Shown here piece by piece: positions 1-12,652 of a DNA stretch of 64,000 bases. Numbering within the stretch: the stretch's first letter is position 1; every line of letters begins with the position of its first letter. A program made the translations under genes and the position numbers. A model generated the notes under the pieces. It saw only the letters and a program-made list of their open reading frames with translations. It ran no database searches and was not told where the DNA came from. The stretch comes from Lama guanicoe (taxonomy: Eukaryota): the NCBI GenBank assembly GCA_013239625.1, contig MU053645.1, forward strand, positions 186,001 to 250,000. The letters run 5' to 3'.

Positions 1-1240
1 AAAGATTCCTGGAGGGTATTAAAGGAAAATGATTCCTGGTGACTGCATTCTGGACTCCATTAGGAAACTTACCCACAAGCTCAGGGGAAATCTCAACCAC
101 AGATTTCCTGGACTGGTCCAAGGAGACACACAGTGTACTGAGTACACACTCCTCCTCCAACTCTTCTCTGCAGCTGTCTCCCTGTGGTGGCCATGAGAGC
201 GAGATTTGGAAGAAGATAGGGAATATGTGTAGAAAGCAGGCCACGTTTTGTGGGCAAGGGGAAAAGTCCAAAACTGAGCTGTAGTGCCTCCTTCAAGAAA
301 ATAAAAGAGAGGCTATCAGCAGCTGGACTGATGCACTGTAGGATCAAGAGAAGCCATACAAGCTGAAGAATTCTGCCACAAGAGGGAACAGGAAACATGG
401 AGCAGTTGTATCCATACAAGGTCTGAGAGAGCCTCAGAATTTACAGTAGAACTGATGAAAGGTATTTCTACACTGAATGTAGGTAATAAAGATTGGAGGT
501 GGTGACTGTTATTTCAACTGTGAAAACAGCAAAAAAAACTTCAAGTGTCATGGAAAATCAAGGGAACATGACATCACAAAAAGATCACAATAATTTTCCA
601 GTTACCAAACACAAAGATGTGGAGATCTATGACTTACACAATAAAGAATTCAAAAGAACTGTTTTAAGAAAACTCAGTGAGCTACCAAAAAAACACAGAA
701 AGACAATTTAATGAAATCAAGAAAATGATACACAATCAAAATGAGAAATTTAACAAAGAGATAGAAATCATTAAAAAAGAGAACCAAGCATACAGTCTGG
801 AGCTAAAGAATTCAATGAATAAAGTGAAAAAAATGCAATAAAGTACATAAACAGCAAAATAGATCAAAGAGAAGAAAGAATCAATGAAATCAGTGAGACA
901 GAGGACAGGAACAATATAGAGTGGGAAAAAACCCTGTGTGGTCTACGTGAGACTTTCAATAAAACCAATATCCAAATCATTGGAGTTCCAGAAGGCAAAG
1001 AGAGAGGGAAGGGGTCAAAAGCTTATTAAATAAATAATGGCTGAGAACTTCCCACAACTAGGGAGAGATTAAGACAATTCATGAAACTAACAGATCACTC
1101 CATTATTTTAATCCAAAGCAATCTTCTCCAAGACACATGATAATAGAACTGCAAAAAATCAAATACAAAAGGAGAATTTAAAAGGCAGCAAGTGAAAAGA
1201 ACATTTGAATCTACAAAAGAAACTTCATTAGGCTATCAAT
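1..1240 (+). mobile_element. Old L1 (L1M-type) 5' region / decayed ORF1
   Basis: MENQGNMTSQKDHNNFPVTKHKDVEIYDLHNKEFKRTVLRKLSEL resembles an L1 ORF1p N-terminus; A-rich; ggctgagaacttccca motif; frameshifted. Confidence 0.8.
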
Positions 1241-1244
1241 GGAT

Positions 1245-3052
1245 GATTTATTTATTTATTTATATTTTTATTGAATTATAGTCAATTTATAATATTATGT
1301 CAATTTCTGGTGTACAGCACAATTCTTCAGTCATACATGAATATACATATATTGATTTTCATATTGTTTTTCACCATGAGCTACTATAAGATATTGAATA
1401 TATTTCCCTGTGCTATACAGTATAAACTTGTTTATCTATTTTATATATATCCATCAGTATCTGCAAATCTCAAACTCCCAGTCTATCCCTTCCCACTCAC
1501 CTCCCCCTTTGGCAACCACAAGTCTGTATTCTATGTCTGTGAGTCTGTTTCTGTTTTATATATATGTTCATTTGTCTTCTTCTTTTTTTTTTTGATTCCA
1601 CCTATGAGTGATATCATATGGTATTTTTCTTTCTCATTCTGGCCTGCTTCACTTAGAATGACATTCTCCAGGGACATCCATAATGCTGCAAATGGCATTA
1701 TGTTGTCATTTTTATGGCTGAGTAGTATTCCATTGTATAAATATACCACTTCTTCTTTATCTAGTCATCTGTTCATGGACATTTAGGTTGTTTCCATGTC
1801 TTGGCTATTGTAAATAGCGCTGTTACGAACATTAGGGTGCATGTATCTTTTTGAATTAAGGTTCCCTCTGAATATATGCCCAGGAGTGGGATTGCTGTAT
1901 CATATGGTAAGTTTATTTTTAGTCTTTTGAGGAATCTCCATACTGTTTTTCATAACCGCTGCACCAAACTACATTCCCACCAACAGTGTAGGATGGTTCC
2001 ATTTTCTCCACACCCTCTCCAGCATTTATCATTTGTGGACTATGGAATGATGGCCATTCTGACTGGTGTGAGGTGATACCTCATTGTAGCTTTGATTTGC
2101 ATTTCTCTGATAATTAGCAATACTGAGAATTTTTTTATTTGCCTATTGGCCATTCATATGTCTTCATTGGAGGATTGCTTGTTTAGGTTTTCTGCCCATT
2201 TTTTGGATTGAGTAATTTTTTTTCCTTATTAAGTTGCATAAGCTGTTTATATATTCTGGCAATTAAGCCCTTATCAGTCTCATCTTTTGTAAATAGTTTC
2301 TCCCATTCCATAAGTTGTCTTTTTGTTTTGCTTATAGCTTCCTTTGCTGTGCAAAAGCTTATACATTTAATTAGGTCCCATTTGTTTATTTTTGTTTTTA
2401 TTTCTATTGTCTGGGTAGATTACACTAGGAGAATATTGCTAAGATTTATGTCAGATAGTGTTTTGCCTATGTTTTCTTCTGAGAGATTTATAGTGTCTTG
2501 TCTTATATTTAAGTATTTAGCCATTTTGAGTTTATTTTTGTGTATGGTGTGAGGGAGTATTCTAACTTCAGTGATTTACATGCAGCTGTCCATTCAACAC
2601 CATTTGCTGAAGAGATTGTCTTTACTCTATTGTATGTTCTTGCCTCCTTTGTCAAAGATTAATTGACCAAAAGTCTGTGAGTTCATTTCTCAGCTCTCTA
2701 TTCTGTTCCATTAATCCATATGCCTGTTTCTGTACCAATACCATGCTGTTTTGATTACTGTAGCTCTATAATATTGTCTGAATTCTGGGAGGGTTATTCC
2801 TCCAGCTTCATTCTTTTTCTTCAGTATTGCTTTGGCAATTCTGGGTCTTTTGTGATTCCATATAAATTTTAGGATTATTTATTCTAGTTCTATGAAAAAT
2901 GTCCTGGATAATTTGATAGGGATTACATTAAATCTGTAGACATCTTTGGGTACTCTGGCTATTTTAACAATATTAACTCTTCCAATCCAAGGACATGGGA
3001 TATTTTTCCATTTCTTTAAGTCATCTTTAATTTCCTTAGTCAATATTTTGTA
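1245..3052 (-). mobile_element. Younger lineage-specific L1, 5'-truncated (ORF2 C-terminus + 3'UTR + A-tail)
   Basis: (TTTA)n tail at ~1245-1270; minus ORF IMPFAALWMSLENVILSE is typical of the L1 ORF2 end. Confidence 0.9.
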
Positions 3053-3860
3053 GTACGGTCAATTGATTTTCAACATGGGAAATAAGACAATTCAATTGGG
3101 AAAAAATAAGTTCAACAAATAGTTCTAGGACAACTGGATATCCGCATAAAAAAATTAAAATGAGTTGGAATCCTGTCTCACATTATACACAAAAATTTAT
3201 TCAAAATGGATCAAAGACCTAAATATAAGAGCTAAAACTATCAAACTCTTAAAAGAAAACATAAGGATACCACATATGAGTGATATCATATGGTACTTTT
3301 CTTATCCTTCTGGCTTATTTCACTTAGAATTATGATCTTCAAATCCATCCAAGTTGCTGCAAATGGCATTATTATATTCTTTTTTATGGCTGAGTAGTAT
3401 TCCATTGTATAAATATACCACAGCTTCTTTATCCAGTCATCTGTTGATATATTTAAGTTGTTTATGAAAAAGAATATGGAAACAAATATATGTATGTATA
3501 TATAAGACTGAAACATTATGCTGTACAGCAGAAATTGACACACTGTAACTGACTACACTTCAATAAAAAAATTTAAAAAATGTGGAGGAAAGCTCCACGA
3601 CATTGGATTTGGCAATGATTTCTTGGCTATAAAACCAAAAGTACAGTGACTAAAGAAAAAAACGTAAATTGGAGTTCATCAAAATTGAAAACTTCTATGG
3701 TACAAATATCACAAATAAAACCAAATGATTTTCCATGGAAAGGTAGAAAATTTTGTGAATCACATATCTGTTAAATGGCTTGGATCCAGAATGTATAATG
3801 TGTTCTTAAAACACAACAACAACAGAAAGACAAGCAACCAAATTATAAATGGGCAAAAAT
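3053..3860 (+). mobile_element. Old L1 ORF2 fragment interrupted by a 5'-inverted younger L1 at ~3269-3575
   Basis: caaaatggatcaaagacctaaatataagagctaaaacta...aaagctccacgacattggatttggcaatg is continuous across the insertion. Confidence 0.8.
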
Positions 3861-3884
3861 ATGATGGCTTTCAGGCAAAAATTC

Positions 3885-4620
3885 AAAGTGAGACCAGTTA
3901 GCACAGTTGTGTGTTTTCTATAGCCACAATCAACTGAATTGATGTGGGTGTAGAGGAGATGAAGAGTTTGATTCAAGGAAATTTATAATTTTGCTAAGCT
4001 AAAGAAAGACAATGACGTTAAGGGCCCATGCAAAGGATTTCTTAGGTGATACATCACTAAATCTTAGCTGAGCAAATAAGTGGTTGAGTACTTCTTTGAG
4101 TGAGGGTGAAGGGCAGTAAAAAGATGTTAGGATCATGGAATTGTGGGTTCATATGAAGTCAACTTTTGGAGTCCAGTGATAGAAGGAGCCAGTTGGGAAA
4201 TGAAGATTTTGGTTTGAAAGTGCATCAGTTGAAACTAAGCTCATGAATGAAGCATAGTTATTGGTAATGATATGGTCTAGGGTGTATAACTGTGGGAATG
4301 GGTGACTGAGATAATGTGGTCAAGATTGATTGAATAGGAAGTCATGGATTACAGGAGGAAAGATATTGACAGAATCATCCAAGTAGATACTAATTTTATC
4401 AAGAATCAGAATTAGTGTTGGAGGAAATGACAGCCAGCCAGTGCTAAAAGTTTTAAGAAATAAGGAGAAATGATGTGGGGGTCTATATATGACTGCAACA
4501 AGGCTGGGTGATGGGTAGTATGGTGTGATAGCAAGAGATTCAAAAGTGGGGACTATTCAGAGAGAAAGATAATGATCTAGAGGAACATTACTTTGGAAGC
4601 TGCAACAGGACAGAAAGAAA
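3885..4620. mobile_element. Ancient L2 LINE internal fragment
   Basis: gtgagaccagttagcacagttgtgtgttttctatagccac and the purine-rich run that follows resemble the L2 consensus as I recall it. Confidence 0.55.
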
Positions 4621-5033
4621 AGGGTCAGGGTACTAGTGAGGGGACTGTAGAGAGGGTAATGATAAATGATTAGGAATTTCTGGACTTCCTCATCTAATAA
4701 TAATAGTGTTTCATTTTTCAAAAATTTTTATTTCTTTGATTACACTAAGTTGAATTAATTTTTTTCATATGTAAGTGGTGATAACTAATTGTGGTCTTCA
4801 TTTGTTCTAACTGAACTTACTCTCTCCAAGTTTATGGAGGGTTCCTTTTCTTTGGGTAGGCACAAAGGTTATAAAGTGAAACTGAAAGCAAAAATTGTCT
4901 CAATGTCTCATACTGGATTTTTGTTTTTTGCTTAAGTTCTTTGATACAATTCTCATAAAGGGAAGGGAAAGAGGTAATTGCATTTTATATGGGATGAGAC
5001 AGGGGTAGAAGCACAAGTGCTTAATGGGTGGGC

Positions 5034-5044
5034 GGAGAGAGAGA

Positions 5045-5075
<31 letters not shown>
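5034..5075 (+). repeat. (GA)n microsatellite, imperfect
   Basis: Directly visible. Confidence 0.9.
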
Positions 5076-7699
5076 CACGATTCACTAGGAATAGGAAAGG
5101 ATATGAGGAACTGTGGTTACTAAAATATCAGGGACTTATGCCTACCCATCACCCAGGGAGGTAGTATGACCACAGTGGATATGACCCTAGGTATCTGGGT
5201 TCCCTGCTTTGACAAAGATTTCCATGGCCACACAAGACACAGAAGTTGCACAGTCATAGCAATAGACTAGGTGAGCAATGAGTGTATTAATGCTGACTAG
5301 TGTAGACAATAGACCAGTGGGTTATCCCTATTTTTTCTATTCTCTCAGACCTTTGCAAATGTACCTAATGGATAAATGAGGAAAGTCCAAATAATTATTA
5401 AGTTTAAATTTCTTCTCTGACTGGTGGAATAAGAGTTGGAGTTCAAATAACCATTTTTTGTTTATTTGGGATTGGTTTTTGCACTTTCAGGTTTGTCAAG
5501 TAAAATTCATAAATACTTTTTATATTGTCAAATTAAGTGCCTTTCCCCCTATCATATAGGGGGGAAAGCCTATCATATAATGTTAATTTTACTTGTAGAA
5601 AGAAGATTTTTGTTTTTGTGTAGTCTAATTTACTTTGAACTTCATTATATTCATTTCTCACTATCTGGACTTGTGAGACGCAACTTCATGGTATTACGTT
5701 TGCTTTTAAATTTTTGGAAAGATTGTTCTATTTGGCATGCATTTTAATGGCTACCTATTCACTTGAAAGTCAGACACACTCTTTCATCAGCTAAAAAAGT
5801 ACCTTTAGGGAATGCCTGGTATTTGATACATGGGTTTTTGGGAACATAATTTGGAATTTTTGATCAGAAGTATATTGATAAGCTTTGATTACCCTTAAAT
5901 ATGTCTCAGGATGCTGCAACATTGAGCCGTTCATGTGAAAAAGAATCATATTTGAACCAAATGTTTATATAAAACAAGCAGTTAGATGGCTTGTTTTTGT
6001 GCTGTTTTATGTTATTAAACAACCTTTGTCATTTCTCATGATCCTTGGGTAATTACTGCTGGGACATAGCGGTCCCTTATGTGTTGATTTTAAAGGTAAA
6101 TAAAACTTTAAAAAAACCCCACTGTTTTAATTTTAATATTATTTTGACCTATCCTTTGTTTCATCTCAGGTTTGCAAGGTAAAATCATTTGAAGTTACCC
6201 AAAATAGGTCATTATCCTTTGGTCACTGGAACACAGACGGTACTTTGATGAAACAAATGGATTTGTGAGTTTTAATTTTAGGCTGCTGTAAATTAAAAAG
6301 CACAAGGGAAAATCAAAGCAAAAAAGGCTTGTTTTGCCCTTTCAACTCATATTTTAATCGAGCCCTTGCTGTATAAGCATCAAATGAGACACTTTGACAC
6401 ATTAGATGGCAACGTTATAAAAAAAAGTTAATCCCAAACCTGATTTTGTATTCAACTACAAAGTAGGCTGTGCACTAGCTTCTGAAAACATAAATCCACA
6501 TAGAATCAATTTTACTCCCTTAGGAATTATTCTTTTTAAATCAGTTGTCATGATTGTAAAAAACATAAAATGTGACATATGACAAGGTTTTCTGAAACAT
6601 GTTTGGTCTTTAATACATTAGCTGCCTATTAAAGAGTAGCCACACACAACTTGAATATCCTTAGGTGAGAGCCAAAGGGCCTATAAATAAAAAAGTGTTA
6701 TTATGTTGGAAAAAGATTATTAATAGACTTGCAGTGTTGGAGTCTGTAAACCCACTACTCCCTTTGAGAGTGATAAAGTTACTAATAGCAATTTCTACTC
6801 ATGACCTACCCTGTCTCATGCATTGGTAAAGGGTCCCCAGGATAATACCTTCTCTCAGTCTTGGGCATCATACTGCCCATTCTAATTCCAATCTGTGATG
6901 ATATTTTGTTCCTTGGCTCGTAACACTGTCCCTTAAAGTGGTTGAAGTCTATGGATCCTAAGTATCGAGATGAATGAGTCAATTTGACTGTAATGAAGCA
7001 CTTTGAATTTAGCCTGGGCAAGCTTATTATGTCCAGGTAATCCAACTCCTGAATGCCACCTAGTTGAAAAATTGGACCACACCTTGTTGGCCCTAACAGA
7101 AAAGCCTGATGAATATCTCTCCAGAGTGTTCCAAGACAATGAGATCTCCATGGGATCTTTCATCTAATTCTTTTGTGACCAGCTGAGAGAAGTGCTATTC
7201 CTCTTCTGACCCCATCTGAAGGACTCAGCTTCCTTGACAATCTTCCATGATAACTGTATCTTCCATTTTCCACCGTCACTCTGCACTAAACCCTTTCTCA
7301 AATGCTAACGAACTATAAATCTTCACTCCTCTCTCTGGATAAAGGTTCTCCTCTTTCTTACCCACTGGACTTCAGGACACTGGGAAGGGATGGGAAGGAA
7401 GTCAGCATTAAAATTTGCTTTTGTTTCACCCACACCATGCAAGTCTGTGTGTCTGTGTAGAGTCCCATATGTTTAGAGGAAAATTAATCAGTTTCTAATT
7501 CCACCACTGTTTCCATAAAGATTTTAGACAGATCAATAGACCCCTCCTTGGCCAGAATTCCTAATGGAACAACAGGCAGAAACCCAAACACCTTCCAATC
7601 AGTGCATTATTTCACACTTTCAAGAAATGAATATTCCTTGAATGAGTCCTAGTTCTGAGGTTTTAGATGAGTAACATTGCAAATAATGACATCAACCAA

Positions 7700-10600
7700 T
7701 AAATTTTTTAAAAATTTTATTTTTAGAGGTTGAACAATGGTTCATTGCAGGCTTTCTGATGAAACAATTAGCAATCTGAAAGATTATTTCAATGATTTTT
7801 AAAGTTAGAGCACAGATTGAATACAAATCAATTTAAGTAGGCATGGTTTTGAAAAGAATTGAAGATTACTTAAAAGATCCCATTGAATGCTTGTGGTATT
7901 ATTCCTAGTTTTAAGGATACTATCTCAGTGAAATGAGTCCTGGCAGAAAACACTTAGTGATTATTTTATCTAGAAACTGGTAGCATTGAAATTATTAAAA
8001 ATTATGCATTCTAATGTTTTGTGTGTGTGCTTGTGTGTACACACGTGTGATTTCTGCTTTGTCTATTTTACAGTCTCAATGATTATTCTGTCCTGTTTCC
8101 ACTGGGGCTCTGACTTTACTTCAAGCGACCTAATCACTCTGAATTTTCCTTATCAGCCCTTTTTACACATCATTTTCTAATTTTCAAATATTTCCAATAA
8201 TGCCTTTTATTTTAAACAAAGCCTTTGGTGAAAAAACTAAAGTACACTAAAATAAAACTGTACTCATTCCCAATGCGACCGACAACTTGTCAGAACTTTC
8301 ATGCTTCAAATCACAGGGCTAGAGAATTTGGCTTTTCAGGAACCCCCTCTCAATGCTTCTGTGATGGACCAGGGTTTCCAAGTGCTGCTGCTACAAGGTG
8401 AGGTGTAGTTATAATTTCTTCTATTACTGTACACTGACTATGAAATTCAATTGTCCCTTCACTTTCTGATTTCAGCTGGCAAAGGATGTAAAAATTCCAG
8501 ATAGATTAACATCTAAGTTGAAAATATTCATTACCTACAAACCACTTTAAATATTTTCAGTCCTTTCTATTTGGCTACCCAACATTTCAATCTCCCTTCT
8601 TAACATGTGCTCAGCTTCCTTTCCTCATTAGCACATTATCATTTAAAGCCCAATTGCACATTTACAATCTCTCTTGCTTGTTTACTTTGGGACATCTCCG
8701 TAGATTCAGTTTGCTATTGAGTGTGTTTACTAGAATAACAGCCACAGAGCGCAATGGGAGTTGACTTTCTAAAATAGTTTACTGTGTTACTGCATTAAAA
8801 ATACGATTTTAAGACAAAGCTTATTTTTGAACCTTAACTCTGAGTAAATATTATGAAGAAAAAAATGAATTCTTAAAAGACTCAATTCTACATGCTACTT
8901 AAATGAGAAAATTTCTGAAATTCAAACATAGCAAGCTCCATTTGCTCAGCGATGAGGCACTTGCACAAAGTTCCCCATGGCCTTTTTGGTGTACAAATTT
9001 ATAATAATGAAGACTACTTCTAAGGAAATAATTTGACATAAAAGTTTGTTTTCTCTTTAAACTACTGCATTTAAAAAGTCATTCGAGTTGTAAACACTCA
9101 AGGATAAGCCAGTTTTAAGATCACATTATTGTGTCACAGTAACAGAAATGTGAATCACATTTATTTCTTTAATTCATGGATTCAGGTTCTCCTAAATTCT
9201 CATTATTGAGCTACTACATTCTTGATATAAGTTGTTAGGAAAATCCAAATCATCATTCCTGGCACCAAGGTGTCAAGAAATAATGTGCTATCATGAAATC
9301 ACACATAGTCAGCTGCTTTTGTATTTTGGTTAACCAGGTAGCTTGAAAATTATTATCCCACTAGTACTGTCTTCCAATTTTAGAAGCAGAACTAGAGGAA
9401 TTATACTGAGGTATACTTCGTGGTAGTTCTGTTGCTTCTCTATTGCTCCAGAACTAACCATGGTATTGAGGATGGATATGCAGAAATTATGCTTTTCACC
9501 AGGTAGCAGTTACCATAGGTGACCAAATGCCACCTATCTATGGCGTCTATAACATATGGGGTGATGCACTAGCATGATTTTCACTACTATAAATTTGTAG
9601 ACGTAGGTATTTGATGAAAGTCACCTTTTTCAAAATCTTTTCATTTTTTTCTTATCTATTACATTAAGTCCTTACCTAAAGACTTCACAATTTTAGATTA
9701 ATTTCTGATTTTACAGAAATAGAAATATGAAACACACAAGTTATTAGCAGCCAAAACTCTCTGTAGTTACATTTTGTTGTTTTTGTTTAATAAGTGGAGG
9801 GAAACTTTTACATAGTTTAATCTGGGATCAGGAAAATATTTAATCCTGTCTGATGATCACACTGTTAGCCAGATAAGAATTTTGATAAATGAACCAATCT
9901 GTTTTTGGGGCTAGAATTTGACGCCTACTTTAAAGTATAAAAAAAAAAACTCACTCTACAGTACATGCATATACGAGTTCAGTCCTGTATTCAGGCTTGC
10001 AAAGTGTATTATTCGGTGGTTTTTAAAAACAGCTATTGCACATCTTTGGGGTTTCTGAGGAAAATCAAGCATCTGAGGCTTTCTTCCTTTCTTTTTATCA
10101 GAAGAAAACCAGTTTAACATGGGGTGAAAAAGAACACAATTGGTCTCTAACTGTAGGCTTAACTGTCATGGAGCAATGAGGATGATGGGTGGCCTTTTGC
10201 CCTTTATCACTGTAGCATTCTCCAGGCATGCAGGTTGTTCAGCCTTAGTCTGGTTTATTATTTCATTTCATAATGTAACCTTTGGTTCTTTATATGACTT
10301 TGCAAATTTGCATATGGTTTGTTGTTATTTTTATTTTTTTCAGTAAAAAACCCCACTTCATTCAGGGCCAGTTCTTTTGAAAGCTGCTTGGAATCTAACT
10401 CATTACAGGTTTCTTAACTCCATGTTGTAAAATCTGAATATAGATACTGTCCAAACTGTCCAAAGAGTAATGTTTGAATTCACAGTAACAAAAGTTACAA
10501 AGTTTGTGCAAAAGACATTGTACACCATTGGAGTACATAGAGCTTGCTATAGTTAATTTTATATATAAAGCTGCATTTCTCATTAAAACTATTCTGTGCT

Positions 10601-10733
10601 ACATTAAAAGTAAAGTATCTGATTTAATTTTCCCTAACAATAAAACTGAATGCTCGTTTAATCTCAGAAATTAAAAAATTCAAATTGCATATTTATGATG
10701 TTTATAAATGTTACAATAAATCACTGGAATCTT
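7700..10733 (-). other. NRK: NRK 3'UTR (~3 kb, distal end approximate)
   Basis: Repeat-poor, AU-rich stretch after the stop; minus-strand AATAAA at 9160-9165, 8206-8211 and 7716-7721. Confidence 0.6.
7716..7721 (-). terminator. Candidate distal polyadenylation signal AATAAA
   Basis: Plus strand tttatt; followed on the minus strand by a U/GU-rich ttattggttgatgtc element. Confidence 0.5.
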
Positions 10734-10829
10734 TTAAACACCATAATTGCTTTGGAGCTCTTCAAGTTTTCCAAGGGTCATAAAGTAAACCCGGCTGTGG
10801 CGATTGCGCAGGATAGAGGTAAAGAACAG
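10734..10829 (-). CDS. NRK: NRK terminal coding exon (LFFTSILRNRHSRVYFMTLGKLEELQSNYGV*)
   Basis: Pyrimidine tract + taaag acceptor; TAA stop at 10734-10736; VYFMTL motif. Confidence 0.95.
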   Translation of the reverse strand: MFFTSILRNRHSRVYFMTLGKLEELQSNYGV

Positions 10830-11481
10830 CTTTAAAAAGAGAGAAAGAGACACCATTAGTAAATATTTAATACAGTGCAACCTTATATTTGATAGATACA
10901 ACTATAACTTCAATTTACATGCATCAACCAATTAAAATATTAAGCCATACTGTTTTTCAGAACAGGGTTTCCTCAGATTAAAGAATAAGAATTTAGTATA
11001 GAGTCTAAATTATGATTAAAAAATAAACTTTTACTCTATTCTATATAACTGTACTTCATTTAGTTTAAATAAAATTAGGTTATTATACATGGCATTCATC
11101 TGTTAAAGTTCTTGATTGGTTTGGTTAACAATTCCCCTTTTCTTTAAAACAATCAACTTTTCTCAAGTTGGGTTTCCTTTTTCTTTTAAAATGTGGAAAA
11201 TATTATATTATTTAGATGTTGTTTCTTATTGTTGCTGATGTTTAAGTGGCCACTGGAATTTTCTACTTGGTGTTGTGATTTTCATTTCAGTGGAGTAGAC
11301 TGACATCAATAGATTGATATAATAAGCTAAACCAATTGGCTTAGAGAGGAATATATTGTGTAAATATGGTTTGTGTCATAAAGAAAATTAGAACAGTAGA
11401 TGAACATAGTAATAGAGGCCTCTTTGTTAGGACTAAGACGTTCAGCATCCGCAATGGATATACTTAGGAGGGTGTGTGACA

Positions 11482-11725
11482 TAATGATGATGATGATGAT
11501 GATGATAACACTAGCTACCCTTAGCATGTTTTATGTGCCAGGCAATCTGTGAAATGCTTACTATATACCCATTGTCAATAATTTTCAGAATTTTCCCCCA
11601 GTTATTACTATTCCCATTTTTGAGATGAAGAAACTAAGGCTTGGAGAGATTAATCAAACTTTCAGGTTCTTACACGTAGGTGGCAAGAGCCAGGACTGTG
11701 TCCTAGGTCTATCTGACCTCAAACA
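11482..11725 (-). mobile_element. MIR SINE with (GAT)n at its tail
   Basis: cccatttttgagatgaagaaactaaggcttggagagattaa is the reverse complement of the MIR core. Confidence 0.8.
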
Positions 11726-12512
11726 CTGATTATTGCCATTATATCTCTTTATATTGCAAACCAGTACCTTTCTTTGATGCCCAATGCAATACCCTGTTTG
11801 TTCTGATATTAATTTAAATCCTCTGCGATCTCTTCCAAATAAGAATTTTTCCTAGTCCTATTAGGATTATTTCATCACTCTGTTATTCCTCATAATACTT
11901 AGGGGGTATAATGATGTCATGCAATTCATTTTCCATTTAAACTCTCTAAATTGGTTAAAATTGATTGCATTACACAAATAATTGTCAAATCTTGATTTTA
12001 TTTTTCTTTCCTGTAAAATGGACATAATAATACCCACTCTGAAGATTAAATGTGATAGTTTCTAAAGTATTTAGTACAAACTCTACCACATAATTAGGTG
12101 TTAAGAAATATAAGTACTTTTTCCCTTCTGTTATTGGATTATGTTGAAAACTATAAAAGGCAGATTTACTCAAGTATTCTTTTTCAAAATATCATATTAA
12201 TATGAACATGAAAGAACTGTGCATCAAAGACAATAATGGAATTTGTAATAAATAAAATAAAGGCTAAGCTTTGCTTTGGATATAATTAGAATTTTTACCT
12301 TTTTGAAAATGATTTATTTTTGAAATCAAATTTCATCATTTATCAAGTCAATGTTTCCAATGCAAATTGCAAAACTGTCTTCATCAATACTATGCCAATT
12401 TGGGAAATATAGCATAAATATACTTACAGTCAGAAAGAAAAGGATATAACTTTCCTTAGTTAATTTTTATCATTTGCTTTATTTTTGTCTAACTGGGTGA
12501 TGTAAGCTATAC

Positions 12513-12652
12513 CTTGTCACCTCGGGTACACAGAAATCTCAGCTTCTTAATTGACCTGCGCTTCAGTTCACTTTCCAGAACCCTTGATTGCAAAGAGCGG
12601 ACTTCAATGGCCTTTTGGCCCCATCCTGTGGTTCGCTGAGAACACTCATAAG
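12513..12652 (-). CDS. NRK: NRK exon ~28, CNH (YECSQRTTGWGQKAIEVRSLQSRVLESELKRRSIKKLRFLCTRGDK)
   Basis: attgtag acceptor, AAG|gtatag donor, 140 nt; GWGxKAIE(V/I)RS and LxFLC motifs of GCK-IV CNH domains. Confidence 0.95.

Noticed and set aside
1271..2552. Several hydrophobic plus-strand ORFs
   Set aside because: Antisense readings of an L1 3' end.
6806..7400. Slightly GC-richer, coding-looking stretch downstream of the 3'UTR with short minus-strand ORFs
   Set aside because: Could be an ancient repeat or pseudogene remnant, but I cannot assign it; needs a Dfam or tBLASTx search.
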